A stretch of DNA of 64,000 nucleotides from Sedimentisphaeraceae bacterium JB056 (GCA_044440125.1 JBITAJ010000027.1:128001-192000), one strand, 5' to 3'; shown: positions 1 through 10,935, counted from the stretch's first letter. Numbers and translations: made by a program. The notes: generated by a model not told the origin, from the sequence alone.

Positions 1-45
1 ATTTTAAGACAAAAAGGAGGATTAAAGCCTTCCGACCGCCATCGG

Positions 46-915
46 CTATTTTCTCAGCAGTGAATAGAGGGTTATTTCCGGCGTGCAGAAAAACCTCGGC
101 CCCGGCACTCTTGTAGGAAGTGTAGCCAAGCCTCTGTTTACATACACAAATTTACCGTCAATGTTGTACAGGCCTTTTTTGAACCTCTTGTCGTGATTTG
201 GCACAAATATTGGACCAAAGAACGGGATACAAACCTGACCACCGTGCGTATGTCCGCACAGCAGAGCATCAAATTCCTTGTTTTTAAGCCTTCTGAAGCA
301 GTCGGGGTTGTGAGCTATTACGATTCTGGGCAATTGATCCGAAAGCCCGGTAAATGCTTTTTGAGGATAGCAGTCGCCGCGGAGTGTTTCGCCGAGGCCT
401 ATAATCTGGATGCCGGCTTTATCAATGGTGATTTTTCGCGAATCGTTGCGAAGTACGGTTATGCCGCTTTTTTCTATTTGTTCTGTTGTTATTGTGCGAA
501 TATTAAGCTTATTGTCAATACTGAGGCCGTAATCGTGGTTGCCCATGCATGCGAACACGCCCAATTTGGCCTTTGCATGTTTGAGGATGCTGCTCAAGTC
601 GCTGTAATATTCGCCTTTGTCATATCTTGACGTAAAATCACCGGTAAGTATAGTTATATCGGGATTAAGTGAGTTTATTTTCTCAATGACCCCAATGAGA
701 AAATCTTTGCTGCAGCAGCTTCCATAGTGCAAATCGCTTATATGGGCTATTTTCTTGCCAACAAACTGCTGCGGAAGGTTATTTATGGGAAGATGTATTT
801 TTTCCGTCAAGATTATATTTGGTTCAATAGCAAAAGCATCAACTGCTGAGGCGAATCCAACAGCTGCCGTACCATAAAATATCCTTTTAAATAGCTTACG
901 TCTGCTTAAATTCAT
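46..915 (-). CDS. Metallophosphoesterase (calcineurin-like, YkuE/YaeI type) with a twin-arginine-like N-terminus
   Basis: Motifs ISDLH, LTGDF, MGNHD, IAHNPD, CGHTHGGQ; N-terminal SRRKLFK followed by a hydrophobic stretch. Confidence 0.9.
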   Translation of the reverse strand: MNLSRRKLFKRIFYGTAAVGFASAVDAFAIEPNIILTEKIHLPINNLPQQFVGKKIAHISDLHYGSCCSKDFLIGVIEKINSLNPDITILTGDFTSRYDKGEYYSDLSSILKHAKAKLGVFACMGNHDYGLSIDNKLNIRTITTEQIEKSGITVLRNDSRKITIDKAGIQIIGLGETLRGDCYPQKAFTGLSDQLPRIVIAHNPDCFRRLKNKEFDALLCGHTHGGQVCIPFFGPIFVPNHDKRFKKGLYNIDGKFVYVNRGLATLPTRVPGPRFFCTPEITLYSLLRK

Positions 916-957
916 ATATCTGTATTTTTATGCTAATCCATTAGTAATTTCAAGACA

Positions 958-973
958 GTTGTATCCGTACAAC
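958..973. promoter_or_regulatory. Palindrome GTTGTA-TCCG-TACAAC, possible transcription-factor site
   Basis: Perfect 6-bp arms in the divergent intergenic region between the phosphoesterase gene and eno. Confidence 0.35.
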
Positions 974-1069
974 CATGAAAAGCAAGTAGAGTTTAACATA
1001 ACATACGTTCAAGTCAAAAATTATGTTTGGTGTTTATTCTTTTTTGTTTGCTAAGTGGGCAAGTTTGGC

Positions 1070-1098
1070 TTGACTATGACGCTGGAAACGATTAAAAT
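1070..1098 (+). promoter_or_regulatory. sigma70-type promoter for eno
   Basis: TTGACT-N17-TAAAAT; AAGGA RBS before ATG 1164. Confidence 0.6.
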
Positions 1099-1151
1099 AC
1101 CGGCGTTTGTGTATATTGTGAAATTAAGTTACTTATTGCATATAGATATGA

Positions 1152-2462
<1,311 letters not shown>

Positions 2463-2486
2463 GCAAATATCATTGAATGAACATAC

Positions 2487-2528
2487 AAAGCGGGATGAGC
2501 CGACAACAAGGCACATCCCGCTTTTTTT
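2487..2528 (+). terminator. Rho-independent terminator after eno
   Basis: AAAGCGGGATG-A-GCC...GGC-A-CATCCCGC followed by a T run. Confidence 0.85.
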
Positions 2529-2536
2529 GATTAATA

Positions 2537-2599
2537 AGTTCTTAGTTTAAAGTTCGTAGTTCGCAGCGATTAGAAAACCCCGCTCCTTGCTGCGAACTA
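2537..2599. repeat. Heptamer-periodic tandem repeat (AGTTnnn x4) with an 11-bp inverted repeat
   Basis: AGTTCTT AGTTTAA AGTTCGT AGTTCGC; TAGTTCGCAGC (2557-2567) pairs with GCTGCGAACTA (2589-2599). Confidence 0.65.
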
Positions 2600-2627
2600 A
2601 TAGCTATATTATTGAAAGGAAAATACA

Positions 2628-3011
2628 ATGAAAGCAGAAGAATACGCAAAGAAAGATGCTTATGCCGCACATAACGGCGTTGAGCTTTTAGAAGCTAAGG
2701 AAGGCTCGGCAAAGGCAAAATTGTTTCTAAAAGAATATCATCTTAACGGCATGGGTATAACTCACGGAGCGGCCTTGTTTACGCTGGCTGATTTTACATT
2801 CGGCGCTGCTGCCAATTCCCACGAATATGACGCCGTTACGATAAACGTGCATATGTCGTTCCTTAAATCGACAAAAGCCGGCGACACGCTTTACTGCGAG
2901 GCAACAGAAATCAATCTAAGGGGAAGAGTCGGAAGCTATCACGTCCAGATAACCGATGCCGATGGTCAGGTAATAGCAATATTCGAAGGTCTTGCATACC
3001 GTAAATTCTGA
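2628..3011 (+). CDS. PaaI-family hotdog-fold thioesterase
   Basis: HLNGMGITHGAALFTLADFTFGAAAN motif; 127 aa. Confidence 0.92.
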   Translation: MKAEEYAKKDAYAAHNGVELLEAKEGSAKAKLFLKEYHLNGMGITHGAALFTLADFTFGAAANSHEYDAVTINVHMSFLKSTKAGDTLYCEATEINLRGRVGSYHVQITDADGQVIAIFEGLAYRKF

Positions 3012-3044
3012 TTCTCTGGATTGTGGGCCAAGCCGACATTAAAG

Positions 3045-3803
3045 TCAGCTTAAAAGCTTAAGTGCTGAGAGAGCGGCCATTACTCGGGCTACTATTCGGA
3101 ATAGTTTTTGCGGTATGTGCTTGAGCAGTAATATACCGGCTATTGCACCGATTGCGATTGCCGGAGCAGCCATAAGATTAACCTTAAGGCTTGCCGCTGT
3201 TATTAAGCCAAGATGTATGGAGAAGGGAACCTTCACCCAGTTTATTATAAAGAAGAACCATGCTCTGGTGCCTATGAATTCGTTCTTAGGCAAACCGCTT
3301 GCAAGCAGATAAAGTATCATTACCGGCCCTGCGGCATTGGCCATCATAGTAGTCATACCGGCGGCAAAACCAAAGATCACGGCAAGAGGCCTGCTTATTG
3401 CGGGAGCATCGAGGTTTTGGTCAGAAGATGTTTTCTTATTTTTATAGTATTCATAGCAGGTTTGTATTATAAGCATTGCCATCACTATCGCGCCTATTAT
3501 CGGCCTTAGCTGCGGGCTCTCGATTCTTTTCAACACAATGAAGCCTGCTATTATGCCAAGTAATGTACATGGCATCAGATGCATCAGATGTTTCCAATGG
3601 GCATGTTTACGGTAGTAGAATGCCGCAAATATGTCTGCAAATATGAGCGTCGGCAATACAAGACCAACAGACTCCTTTGTTGGCAAAACCATAGCCATCA
3701 GCGGCACTATTAAAATGCTTACGCCGGGCAAACCGGTTTTGGATATTCCTGATAAGAAGGCTGAGAGCAGTATTATCAGCCATTGAGTGATGCTTAGTTC
3801 CAT
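3045..3803 (-). CDS. TSUP family (TauE/SafE) membrane transporter
   Basis: About 8 hydrophobic segments; SKTGLPGV and TTMMANAAGP motifs. Confidence 0.88.
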   Translation of the reverse strand: MELSITQWLIILLSAFLSGISKTGLPGVSILIVPLMAMVLPTKESVGLVLPTLIFADIFAAFYYRKHAHWKHLMHLMPCTLLGIIAGFIVLKRIESPQLRPIIGAIVMAMLIIQTCYEYYKNKKTSSDQNLDAPAISRPLAVIFGFAAGMTTMMANAAGPVMILYLLASGLPKNEFIGTRAWFFFIINWVKVPFSIHLGLITAASLKVNLMAAPAIAIGAIAGILLLKHIPQKLFRIVARVMAALSALKLLS

Positions 3804-3811
3804 GTTTACAT

Positions 3812-3840
3812 AAAAAAACGGCAGGTTTGAGCCTGCCGTT
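3812..3840 (-). terminator. Terminator-like hairpin between the kinase and TSUP genes
   Basis: Minus strand AACGGCAGG-CTCAAA-CCTGCCGTTTTTTT. Confidence 0.7.
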
Positions 3841-3861
3841 AGGTTTTACTGATTGTTAAGA

Positions 3862-4995
3862 TTAATCAATGCACATATCCTCAGCGGTGTTTACCGTAAT
3901 GCATTCGGATATTATTTCGTTCAACCTGTCCTCTTGTTCAGTGATAGACTCCACAAGCTTGAACTGAGTGCGCGTTCTGTCAATGTTCTGACCATCCCGC
4001 TTAACCTTGAAATACTTATCACCATCAAGATAGTCTGTAAGGAATCTTGTACCTATCATGAGACAAAGAAGCTTGGAGCTTAATACAAGGTGATGCTTTT
4101 CCTGCGAGTTGAGGAACTCTCCTGCAGATGCCAGATAACCGCGGAGAACCGCTTCAAATCGTGATACATCGAGATGCACCTTTGATGTATCTGGTTCATC
4201 TTCACGAGATATACTGCCTGTGGAACGCACGAGATCGCCGAAATCGTACAGCGACAGTCCCGGCATAACGGTATCAAGGTCAATAACACAGACACCTTCG
4301 CCTGTCTTGTCATCAAGCATTACATTGTTGATTTTTGTGTCATTGTGGGTAATTCTTACAGGTATTTGCCCATCTTCAACAAGATCCGGCAAGACGTAAA
4401 AAATCCAACTATGGTCGTAAAGGAAGTCTATTTCTGCTTTTACATTTTTCGCCCTGTTGTGCTTATCTTCCTTTAACACGCGTTTAAAATTTTCGAATCG
4501 TTTGGGACCATTGTGGAAATCTGGTATGGTTTCATGCAACGGTTCTCCCGGCAGATCGGTAAGCATTCCCTGAAAATGCCCAAACGCTTTTGCCGCTTCA
4601 AAAAGCTGGCTGTGATGCTCAGGAATATCGAAAGTACTTGCACCCTTTATGAACAGGTGCGTACGCCAGCAGCTTCCATCATCATCAGTATAGTAACTTT
4701 TGCCGTCAACTGTTTTGAAAACACTCAAAACTCTTCTGTCGATTTCCTCAACATGCTGCTGGATCAATTTATGACGACAGTGATCAACTACCCTGGTTAG
4801 GTTTTCCATCAGTTGATCGGGATGTTGAAATACGTTAGTATTTATTCGCTGAAATACGTAGTCAATCTGTTTTGTTCTGTGCTGAGCTTTGACGTGAAAC
4901 GTGTCGTTAATATGACCGCTTCCGCATGGCTTTCCAGATATGAAATCACCCGCTATATCAAAGATACGGAATATACGTTGAAGTTTATTTTCCAC
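3862..4995 (-). CDS. APH/choline-kinase-family phosphotransferase, N-acetylhexosamine 1-kinase-like
   Basis: GSGHINDT, QRINTNVF, HETIPDFH, HNDTKINN, VIDLDTVMPG, RFLTDYLDGDKYFK. Confidence 0.85.
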   Translation of the reverse strand: MENKLQRIFRIFDIAGDFISGKPCGSGHINDTFHVKAQHRTKQIDYVFQRINTNVFQHPDQLMENLTRVVDHCRHKLIQQHVEEIDRRVLSVFKTVDGKSYYTDDDGSCWRTHLFIKGASTFDIPEHHSQLFEAAKAFGHFQGMLTDLPGEPLHETIPDFHNGPKRFENFKRVLKEDKHNRAKNVKAEIDFLYDHSWIFYVLPDLVEDGQIPVRITHNDTKINNVMLDDKTGEGVCVIDLDTVMPGLSLYDFGDLVRSTGSISREDEPDTSKVHLDVSRFEAVLRGYLASAGEFLNSQEKHHLVLSSKLLCLMIGTRFLTDYLDGDKYFKVKRDGQNIDRTRTQFKLVESITEQEDRLNEIISECITVNTAEDMCID

Positions 4996-5037
4996 ATTTT
5001 TCTCCTTTTACGTACACAACCAATCAATACATAACCG

Positions 5038-5068
5038 AAAAAGGGATGTTCACTTAGTGAACATCCCT
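5038..5068 (-). terminator. Terminator after rpmA
   Basis: AGGGATGTTCAC-TTA-GTGAACATCCCT perfect stem; the adjacent A run gives a U-tract on the minus strand. Confidence 0.8.
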
Positions 5069-5093
5069 GAAATATCCGTTAAAATAACGTAAA

Positions 5094-5339
5094 TCAGGCT
5101 TCTGCGCAATCAATATGCACTTTTTTGCCTTGGAAACGTACAATACCTGCCTTGAGTGCAAAGAGTGTGTAGTCTTTTCCGCATCCGACATTGAAGCCGG
5201 GGTGGAACTTTGTTCCGCACTGACGAACGATGATAGAGCCGGCTTTAGCAGTCTGACCGCCATAAAGCTTTACGCCGCGATACTGGGCGTTACTATCTCT
5301 ACCGTTCCTTGATGAACCTTGTCCTTTTTTATGAGCCAT
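5094..5339 (-). CDS. rpmA: 50S ribosomal protein L27
   Basis: [16 protein letters not shown]...[27 protein letters not shown]. Confidence 0.99.
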   Translation of the reverse strand: MAHKKGQGSSRNGRDSNAQYRGVKLYGGQTAKAGSIIVRQCGTKFHPGFNVGCGKDYTLFALKAGIVRFQGKKVHIDCAEA

Positions 5340-5590
5340 TTATTAACCTCGTTCTTATGGTCTTAATAACTTTATTGTTTCTTTTATTATACGCCAAAAC
5401 TGCATTATACCTTTTTTTCATAGGTTGTCCAGAGTTTTTTAGAGAATTGGGGCTCACACATGCACCCGATCTGCACTCAGGGCTATTATGTATATATTAG
5501 CCATAACTTAACTTGCAATTATCCCTCATGCTTGCTATTATAAATAAAATTCAAAATATTACGAGCACAAATAAGTTAAGGCAAAAGGTT

Positions 5591-6832
5591 ATGACAAGCT
5601 TAAATCATCGTTTCGTTGTTGTTTGTTTATGTTTAATTCTGAGTTCTTGTTTTGCTGCCGGTTTTGGGGGCGGCAAAGGAAATCTGGAGTCTCCTTATAA
5701 ATTATCGGAAGCTTCCGACATAATCGAACTTGCAGAAAATGAAGGAAGTTGGGGCGCTGTATTTGAATTGACATCTGATATTGACATGGCTGGTATTGAT
5801 ATAAAGCCCTTTACTCAGGATATGCAGAATGGTTTTGGTGGAACCATAAGAGGAAATGGGTTTACCATCAAAAACATAACACTGAAAGGGATTGAAGGCA
5901 AATATGTTGGTTTATTTGGAGTATTATCCGCAACTTCCGTTATAAGTGATCTTAAAATCATTGATGTTGATATAGATGTCAATACACCTGAAGGAATTGA
6001 AAAGGATAACTACATTTATGTAGGGGCATTGGCCGGATGCAGCCGTGGAAAACTTATAAACTGTGAGGTAACCGGGAACATCAAGGCTCGTTCTAAAGAC
6101 CTCGTTTCAGCAGGTGGTTTTGGGGGAAGATTAGAAGGATCTATAATAGACCATTGCTATGCAGAAGTTTCTATGGATATCGCCTCGGAAGGTCAAAGTT
6201 TTGCCGGCGGAATGGTGGGATATTGTTATAACTCTAATATGCTTAACAACATATCCAACAGTATAATAAATGCTGTTGGCAGTGAAAGGACCTACGCAGG
6301 AAGCATAAGCGGATACTCTCTTGATACAAGCTTCAATTCCTGCTGCAGCGATGAAGGCAAAATTTTGACAGATTGCGGCGGTTACAGCGGCGGTATAACC
6401 GGTTACTGTTATAATGGACAGATAATAAATTGCTATGCCGAAAATACGGTTTTCTCCTTTGATAATGGGTTTGCCGGAGGACTTGCCGGAGGAAATTACA
6501 ACAGCATTATACGAGACTGTTTCTTCAACGGACGTATATCACTTGAGTCGATGGACAGTAAAGGTGGTACTATTGCTGGTTTTAACGTTAAAAGCCAGAT
6601 ATTGAACTGTTTTTGGGTTTACGACAGTTCTATGGCCGATAAAGCTATAGTTGATGGTGTATTTATCGGTGATGTAACGATGCTGACCAATAAACAAATT
6701 AAAGCAGGCGGCATCTTTGATGAAGAGACCTGGAACGCTGATACCCCCAAAGATTCACTAAAGCCGCTCTGGGAGATATACGAAAATAAGCTTCCAACAC
6801 TTAACAGGGTTGCCCAAAGCCCCGAAAAGTAG
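5591..6832 (+). CDS. Secreted GLUG-motif beta-helix protein (ORF track start 5513; ATG 5591 preferred)
   Basis: Signal peptide; FGGGKG..ESPY, LTSDIDM; repeated VGLFG/VGALAG/AGGMVG/AGGLAG motifs. Confidence 0.75.
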   Translation: MTSLNHRFVVVCLCLILSSCFAAGFGGGKGNLESPYKLSEASDIIELAENEGSWGAVFELTSDIDMAGIDIKPFTQDMQNGFGGTIRGNGFTIKNITLKGIEGKYVGLFGVLSATSVISDLKIIDVDIDVNTPEGIEKDNYIYVGALAGCSRGKLINCEVTGNIKARSKDLVSAGGFGGRLEGSIIDHCYAEVSMDIASEGQSFAGGMVGYCYNSNMLNNISNSIINAVGSERTYAGSISGYSLDTSFNSCCSDEGKILTDCGGYSGGITGYCYNGQIINCYAENTVFSFDNGFAGGLAGGNYNSIIRDCFFNGRISLESMDSKGGTIAGFNVKSQILNCFWVYDSSMADKAIVDGVFIGDVTMLTNKQIKAGGIFDEETWNADTPKDSLKPLWEIYENKLPTLNRVAQSPEK

Positions 6833-6837
6833 TTCAA

Positions 6838-7668
6838 TTAAAAACTTATGGTGTCTCCTGCACCCAACTTCCTGAAAGAATAAGGGAACTGTTTTTTCAG
6901 TATCTCAATATTCTCATCGCCTGTACAGTGAAGCGGGACGAGAATCTCTATTTCACGTTTCTTAATCTGTTCTATAGTCGCAGTGATTCGATTACTGTCT
7001 GCATTGACAAGGTGGAGTCCTCCTATTACGGCACGCACTTTTTGCCCTGTCTTTTTTTCTGTGTAGTTGATAATATTTATCATGCCGCTGTGTGCACAAC
7101 CGCTCACTATTACAATTCCCTTTGGTGTACTTAGCCAAAGCACTTGATCATCAATTATTTCATCAGGCGCTTTCTTCTCAGTATCAAAGTAAAACGGACC
7201 ACCAGTATCCTCAAAAGAGTTTTCTTTAGGTATTGTTCCGCTTGCCGTTATCCCACAGAAAATTTCTGTAGCTTTTTCGGTTGCTATATAACGGCTTTCT
7301 TTGATATACGATTCGATTATCCTTCTTGAGCTGTTAGGCACAGATACATCCTTTGCCTTTTTATCAGGATGACAGCTGTATCTTTTGACTAAAGCTTGAG
7401 GATGCATAGCAATTTTAGCTTTACCAGCAACGACTGCGGTGAGACCGCCTGAGTGATCATAATGTCCATGACTTATAACTATTGCATCAGCTTTAGATAC
7501 ATCTATTCCAAGCATCTCTGCATTTTTTGCGAATTTTTCGGTTGTGCCTGTATCAAACAGTATCTTGTATCCGGCATGTTCTACCCAGAACGATAATCCA
7601 TGCTCTGTCAGAAAATTATCTTTGTAACACCTGTTATCAATAAGTATGGTTACGGTTGTTGGTTTCAT
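6838..7668 (-). CDS. MBL-fold metallo-hydrolase
   Basis: TEHGLS, LFDTG, SHGHYDHSGG, SGCAHSG, IGGLHL, PLHCTG. Confidence 0.92.
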   Translation of the reverse strand: MKPTTVTILIDNRCYKDNFLTEHGLSFWVEHAGYKILFDTGTTEKFAKNAEMLGIDVSKADAIVISHGHYDHSGGLTAVVAGKAKIAMHPQALVKRYSCHPDKKAKDVSVPNSSRRIIESYIKESRYIATEKATEIFCGITASGTIPKENSFEDTGGPFYFDTEKKAPDEIIDDQVLWLSTPKGIVIVSGCAHSGMINIINYTEKKTGQKVRAVIGGLHLVNADSNRITATIEQIKKREIEILVPLHCTGDENIEILKKQFPYSFRKLGAGDTISF

Positions 7669-8531
7669 AAAGTTGAATGTGGGCTTTTTTGTATTATAAG
7701 GCTCCCTATCTCACTTTTAAGATCTTTGGCAACCATTGGACATTTGACCTTCAATAGGAAGAATATATTCCTATTCACTTCGTTAAGTGTTTCATAATTG
7801 CCCTGACCTTTTGATATTATCAAGTCAGCCTTCTCAAAGTAGCTGTTGAATTCTTCTGAACAGTCATCAAGTATTGTTCCAGGCGCATCAGACCCGTTGC
7901 CTATTGTTGTGACTATATCTGTCAGACCGGCAATTTCAGCATCCTCAATTGTCGCATCATTGATTATTGGCTTGCCGCGTACAGCCAGAGTCGTCTTGTG
8001 GGCCGGCAACTGTTCGATAAGAAAGCGATCAAATATTATCTCACCGGCATTATCCGCCAGATAAAGGATAGAATCCGCTTTTGCAACCTCTTCTTTAAGA
8101 TTGCGTATCCCATCTGAATCGATTTGAGCCGTAAGAGAGGTATTGATTGTCGTTTCTATATCTTCATCAGTAACGTTGCTTTTCGCTCCAAAATCGATAA
8201 TATTTCCCGCTATTGCAAGCCTTATAGCGGCCTCGAATTTATCGAGCGGCATATCTTCATGCTCTTTGATACCTTCATAAAGTTTTATAGCGATATCATT
8301 GCTTCGTTTTTTTATACTTGAATACGGATCGGTATTGCCGGTCTTATCCCTTAGAAGCCGGTGCACATCTCTTGCTATTGATGGAGGAGTGCTTTGTTCC
8401 GGTAATTCAGACATGAAGATCAAGACATCGCGAAGTACTTCTTCCTGAATTCGGGCATCGCCGGTTATCTGACGAAGGGAATCAAGTGCCTGACGGATTA
8501 TGCATGGTATACAGTCTAAAGCGGTACGCAT
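7665..8531 (-). CDS. DUF89/ARMT1-like damage-control phosphatase (start revised to ATG 8531)
   Basis: DCIPC, AIAGNIIDFG, YLADNAGEIIFD, PIINDAT, ISKGQGNYETL, KVKC. Confidence 0.92.
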   Translation of the reverse strand: MRTALDCIPCIIRQALDSLRQITGDARIQEEVLRDVLIFMSELPEQSTPPSIARDVHRLLRDKTGNTDPYSSIKKRSNDIAIKLYEGIKEHEDMPLDKFEAAIRLAIAGNIIDFGAKSNVTDEDIETTINTSLTAQIDSDGIRNLKEEVAKADSILYLADNAGEIIFDRFLIEQLPAHKTTLAVRGKPIINDATIEDAEIAGLTDIVTTIGNGSDAPGTILDDCSEEFNSYFEKADLIISKGQGNYETLNEVNRNIFFLLKVKCPMVAKDLKSEIGSLIIQKSPHSTL

Positions 8532-8593
8532 TTCATCTTTTATTCTTAAAAAAGTAAACAAAAATTCTACTGGTTATATTCAAATCTGAACAT

Positions 8594-8617
8594 AATAACG
8601 AACATATGTTCATTATT
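8594..8617. promoter_or_regulatory. 24-bp near-perfect palindrome upstream of the DUF89-MBL operon
   Basis: AATAACGAACAT|ATGTTCATTATT, one mismatch. Confidence 0.6.
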
Positions 8618-8747
8618 GTTGCCAATTCCACGTCAAAATCAAGTGGCTTTACTGATTTTAATCAAAATAATTAAGCGAAGAGAGTGTATGTGAGAGAGAA
8701 TGCGTAAACGTACCTGAATAATGTATTTTGATCGGCAGAGCAACTAC

Positions 8748-9026
8748 CTATTCAAAATCATAATGCTTTTTTACCGCTTTTTCGATTTTCCAGATGCAGG
8801 TTAAGCCTTCGGGAAATGTCACGTAATCTCCGGCAGAAAATGATACGCTTTCTGTTTTGTCTTCACTGTAAACAGTGACCTCACCTTCAATCAGCAAGCA
8901 TTTTTCCATCTGCGTATATTGCCACGGGAACTCACTGGCCTCTTTTTCCCATATAGGCCAATTCTCTGCTGTCTCTATCTGCTGCTGCGTAGGTTTTGAA
9001 ACGCTGACTTCTTTAATTGTCGACAT
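8748..9026 (-). CDS. Small cupin (DUF861/EutQ-like)
   Basis: WPIWEKEASEFPWQY..EKCLLIEGEV...AGDYVTFPEGL.CIW..EKAVKKHY. Confidence 0.9.
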   Translation of the reverse strand: MSTIKEVSVSKPTQQQIETAENWPIWEKEASEFPWQYTQMEKCLLIEGEVTVYSEDKTESVSFSAGDYVTFPEGLTCIWKIEKAVKKHYDFE

Positions 9027-9861
9027 TTGCTGCTTCCTCCAGCTTTTCTTCCTGCATTGCCTTGGCTCTGAAAGCCTGAGCGTCTATAAAATAATCGCAG
9101 ATTTCGGTATAATCGATTGCACCATTGCAGTTTGGCTCATATTCGAATATTGTCTGGCCATAACTTGGTGCCTCTGCGAGCTTTACGTTGCGTCTTATGT
9201 GTATCGGAACAAGCTCGGCATTACTCCACGGACAATTTCTTTCTCTTGAACCAAGCAGGAACTCTTCAATATCGTTCTTCACCTCGGATGAAAGGCTTGT
9301 TCGCGAATCAAACATGCAGAAAAGTATACCCGCGACCCTAAGCTGCGGATTTATTCGCTTATTAACGAGAGTCACAGTTTCCAGAAGCTTTCCAAGACCC
9401 TGAAGTGCGAGGAAATGCGGCTGAAGTGGTATGAAAATTTCTTTTACTGCCGCTAATGCGTTCAATGAGAGCAGACCAAGAGAAGGAGGACAATCGATTA
9501 TAAGAAAATCGAAATCATCCTGCACTTCCTCAAGTGCATCACGCAATATTATCTCACGGCCTATTGTGTCGAGGAGTTCGCTTTCTGCGCCAACAAGGTC
9601 TATATTTGCTCCAAGCAGGTAGAGATTTTCACGTGCCTCTATCATTGCCTCTGATATAGGCATAGATTGCGTAAGTACATTGTATACACTTGTTTCAAGC
9701 GTTGTAGGATTGATTCCCAAGTGTATTGTAAGGTGACCTTGAGGATCGAGATCTACAACAAGTACCTTTTTGCCTTTTACCGCAAGAGCCGCGGCGACAT
9801 TCGCTACGGTGGTTGTCTTGCCGACACCGCCTTTTTGGTTTAAGATAGCAATAGTTCGCAA
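9013..9861 (-). CDS. ParA/Soj-family ATPase
   Basis: NQKGGVGKTTT deviant Walker A, VDLDPQG, IIDCPPSLG, LAEAPSYG; TTG start. Confidence 0.95.
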   Translation of the reverse strand: MRTIAILNQKGGVGKTTTVANVAAALAVKGKKVLVVDLDPQGHLTIHLGINPTTLETSVYNVLTQSMPISEAMIEARENLYLLGANIDLVGAESELLDTIGREIILRDALEEVQDDFDFLIIDCPPSLGLLSLNALAAVKEIFIPLQPHFLALQGLGKLLETVTLVNKRINPQLRVAGILFCMFDSRTSLSSEVKNDIEEFLLGSRERNCPWSNAELVPIHIRRNVKLAEAPSYGQTIFEYEPNCNGAIDYTEICDYFIDAQAFRAKAMQEEKLEEAANVDN

Positions 9862-9884
9862 TTAAATCTCCCTGACATTATTTA

Positions 9885-10346
9885 TTAAGTCTCAATCTCT
9901 GATTCTTCGCTGTTCAATTTTCGAAGAATAGCATCGAGAATACCATTTACAAAACCGGGTGAGTTTTCCGTACTGAATTTCTTAGCAAGCTCAATAGCCT
10001 CGTTTATTACAACTTTGCCCGGAATATGATCACAATGTTTCAATTGATATACGCTTAGCCTTAATATAGCCTTTTCGACCGGCATAAGCGCAGTCGGTTT
10101 CCAACGCTTGATCACGGTTGAAAGCATCTGGTCTAATTCATCCTGGCATTCTATTGTGCCGAAAGCCCATTCACGCGCAAGCTGGCGAACCAGCTCATCA
10201 TCGCTGTTCTCACGTAGGAAGAAATCCAGAATACCTTTGTCGCCGCAAGCCTGGATGTCGTACTGGAAGACTGCCTGAAAGGCCAGCACTCTGGCTTTAA
10301 CACGCCTTTCGATCGAGTCTTTTGGTATAAATTCTCTTTGGTGCAT
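9885..10346 (-). CDS. nusB: Transcription antitermination factor NusB
   Basis: RRVKARVLAFQAVFQ, KAILRL, VVINEAIELAKKFS...FVNGILD; directly after ribH. Confidence 0.96.
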   Translation of the reverse strand: MHQREFIPKDSIERRVKARVLAFQAVFQYDIQACGDKGILDFFLRENSDDELVRQLAREWAFGTIECQDELDQMLSTVIKRWKPTALMPVEKAILRLSVYQLKHCDHIPGKVVINEAIELAKKFSTENSPGFVNGILDAILRKLNSEESEIET

Positions 10347-10361
10347 ATTTTGTTTCTGATT

Positions 10362-10826
10362 TTATATCTGGCCAAGTACATTTACCATTTCGATTGCACC
10401 AAGAGCGGCATTGGCTCCGCTGTTGCCCGCTTTTGTTCCCGCTCGCTCGATTGCCTGCTCGATTGTTTCACATGTGAGCACGCCGAACATTACAGGGATA
10501 TCTGTATCGTAGTTTATCTGACCTACGCCGCGAGTTACCTGCTGACATACATAATCGTAATGTGTTGTGGCGCCGCGAATTACAGCTCCAAGACAGATTA
10601 CCGCATTGTATTTGCCGCTTTTAGCCAGCTTCTTAGCCGCCATTGTTATCTCAACAGCACCCGGAACCCATACTACTGTTATGTTTTCCTCTGATGCTCC
10701 GTGACGGGTAAGGCAGTCGATCGCACCGCCAAGCAGTTTGCTCGTGATGAATTCGTTAAATCTGCTTACAACTATAGCGAATTTCGCTTCGCCGGCAGTA
10801 AGTTGGCCGTGTATTTCATTTATCAT
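10362..10826 (-). CDS. ribH: 6,7-dimethyl-8-ribityllumazine synthase
   Basis: [48 protein letters not shown]. Confidence 0.98.
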   Translation of the reverse strand: MINEIHGQLTAGEAKFAIVVSRFNEFITSKLLGGAIDCLTRHGASEENITVVWVPGAVEITMAAKKLAKSGKYNAVICLGAVIRGATTHYDYVCQQVTRGVGQINYDTDIPVMFGVLTCETIEQAIERAGTKAGNSGANAALGAIEMVNVLGQI

Positions 10827-10863
10827 ATCAAAAACTCCATTGACAGTTTACTACTCAAAAATA

Positions 10864-10935
10864 TAGAATTCAGAAGACAGGACACAGAAGAAACGCAAAG
10901 CCGTTAGCATTCTGGCTTATAACTTCTGTATTCTA
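10864..10935. repeat. Heptamer-periodic repeat (YAGRAnn-like x4) with a 13-bp imperfect inverted repeat
   Basis: TAGAATT CAGAAGA CAGGACA CAGAAGA ... CTTCTGTATTCTA (reverse complement TAGAATACAGAAG). Confidence 0.6.
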
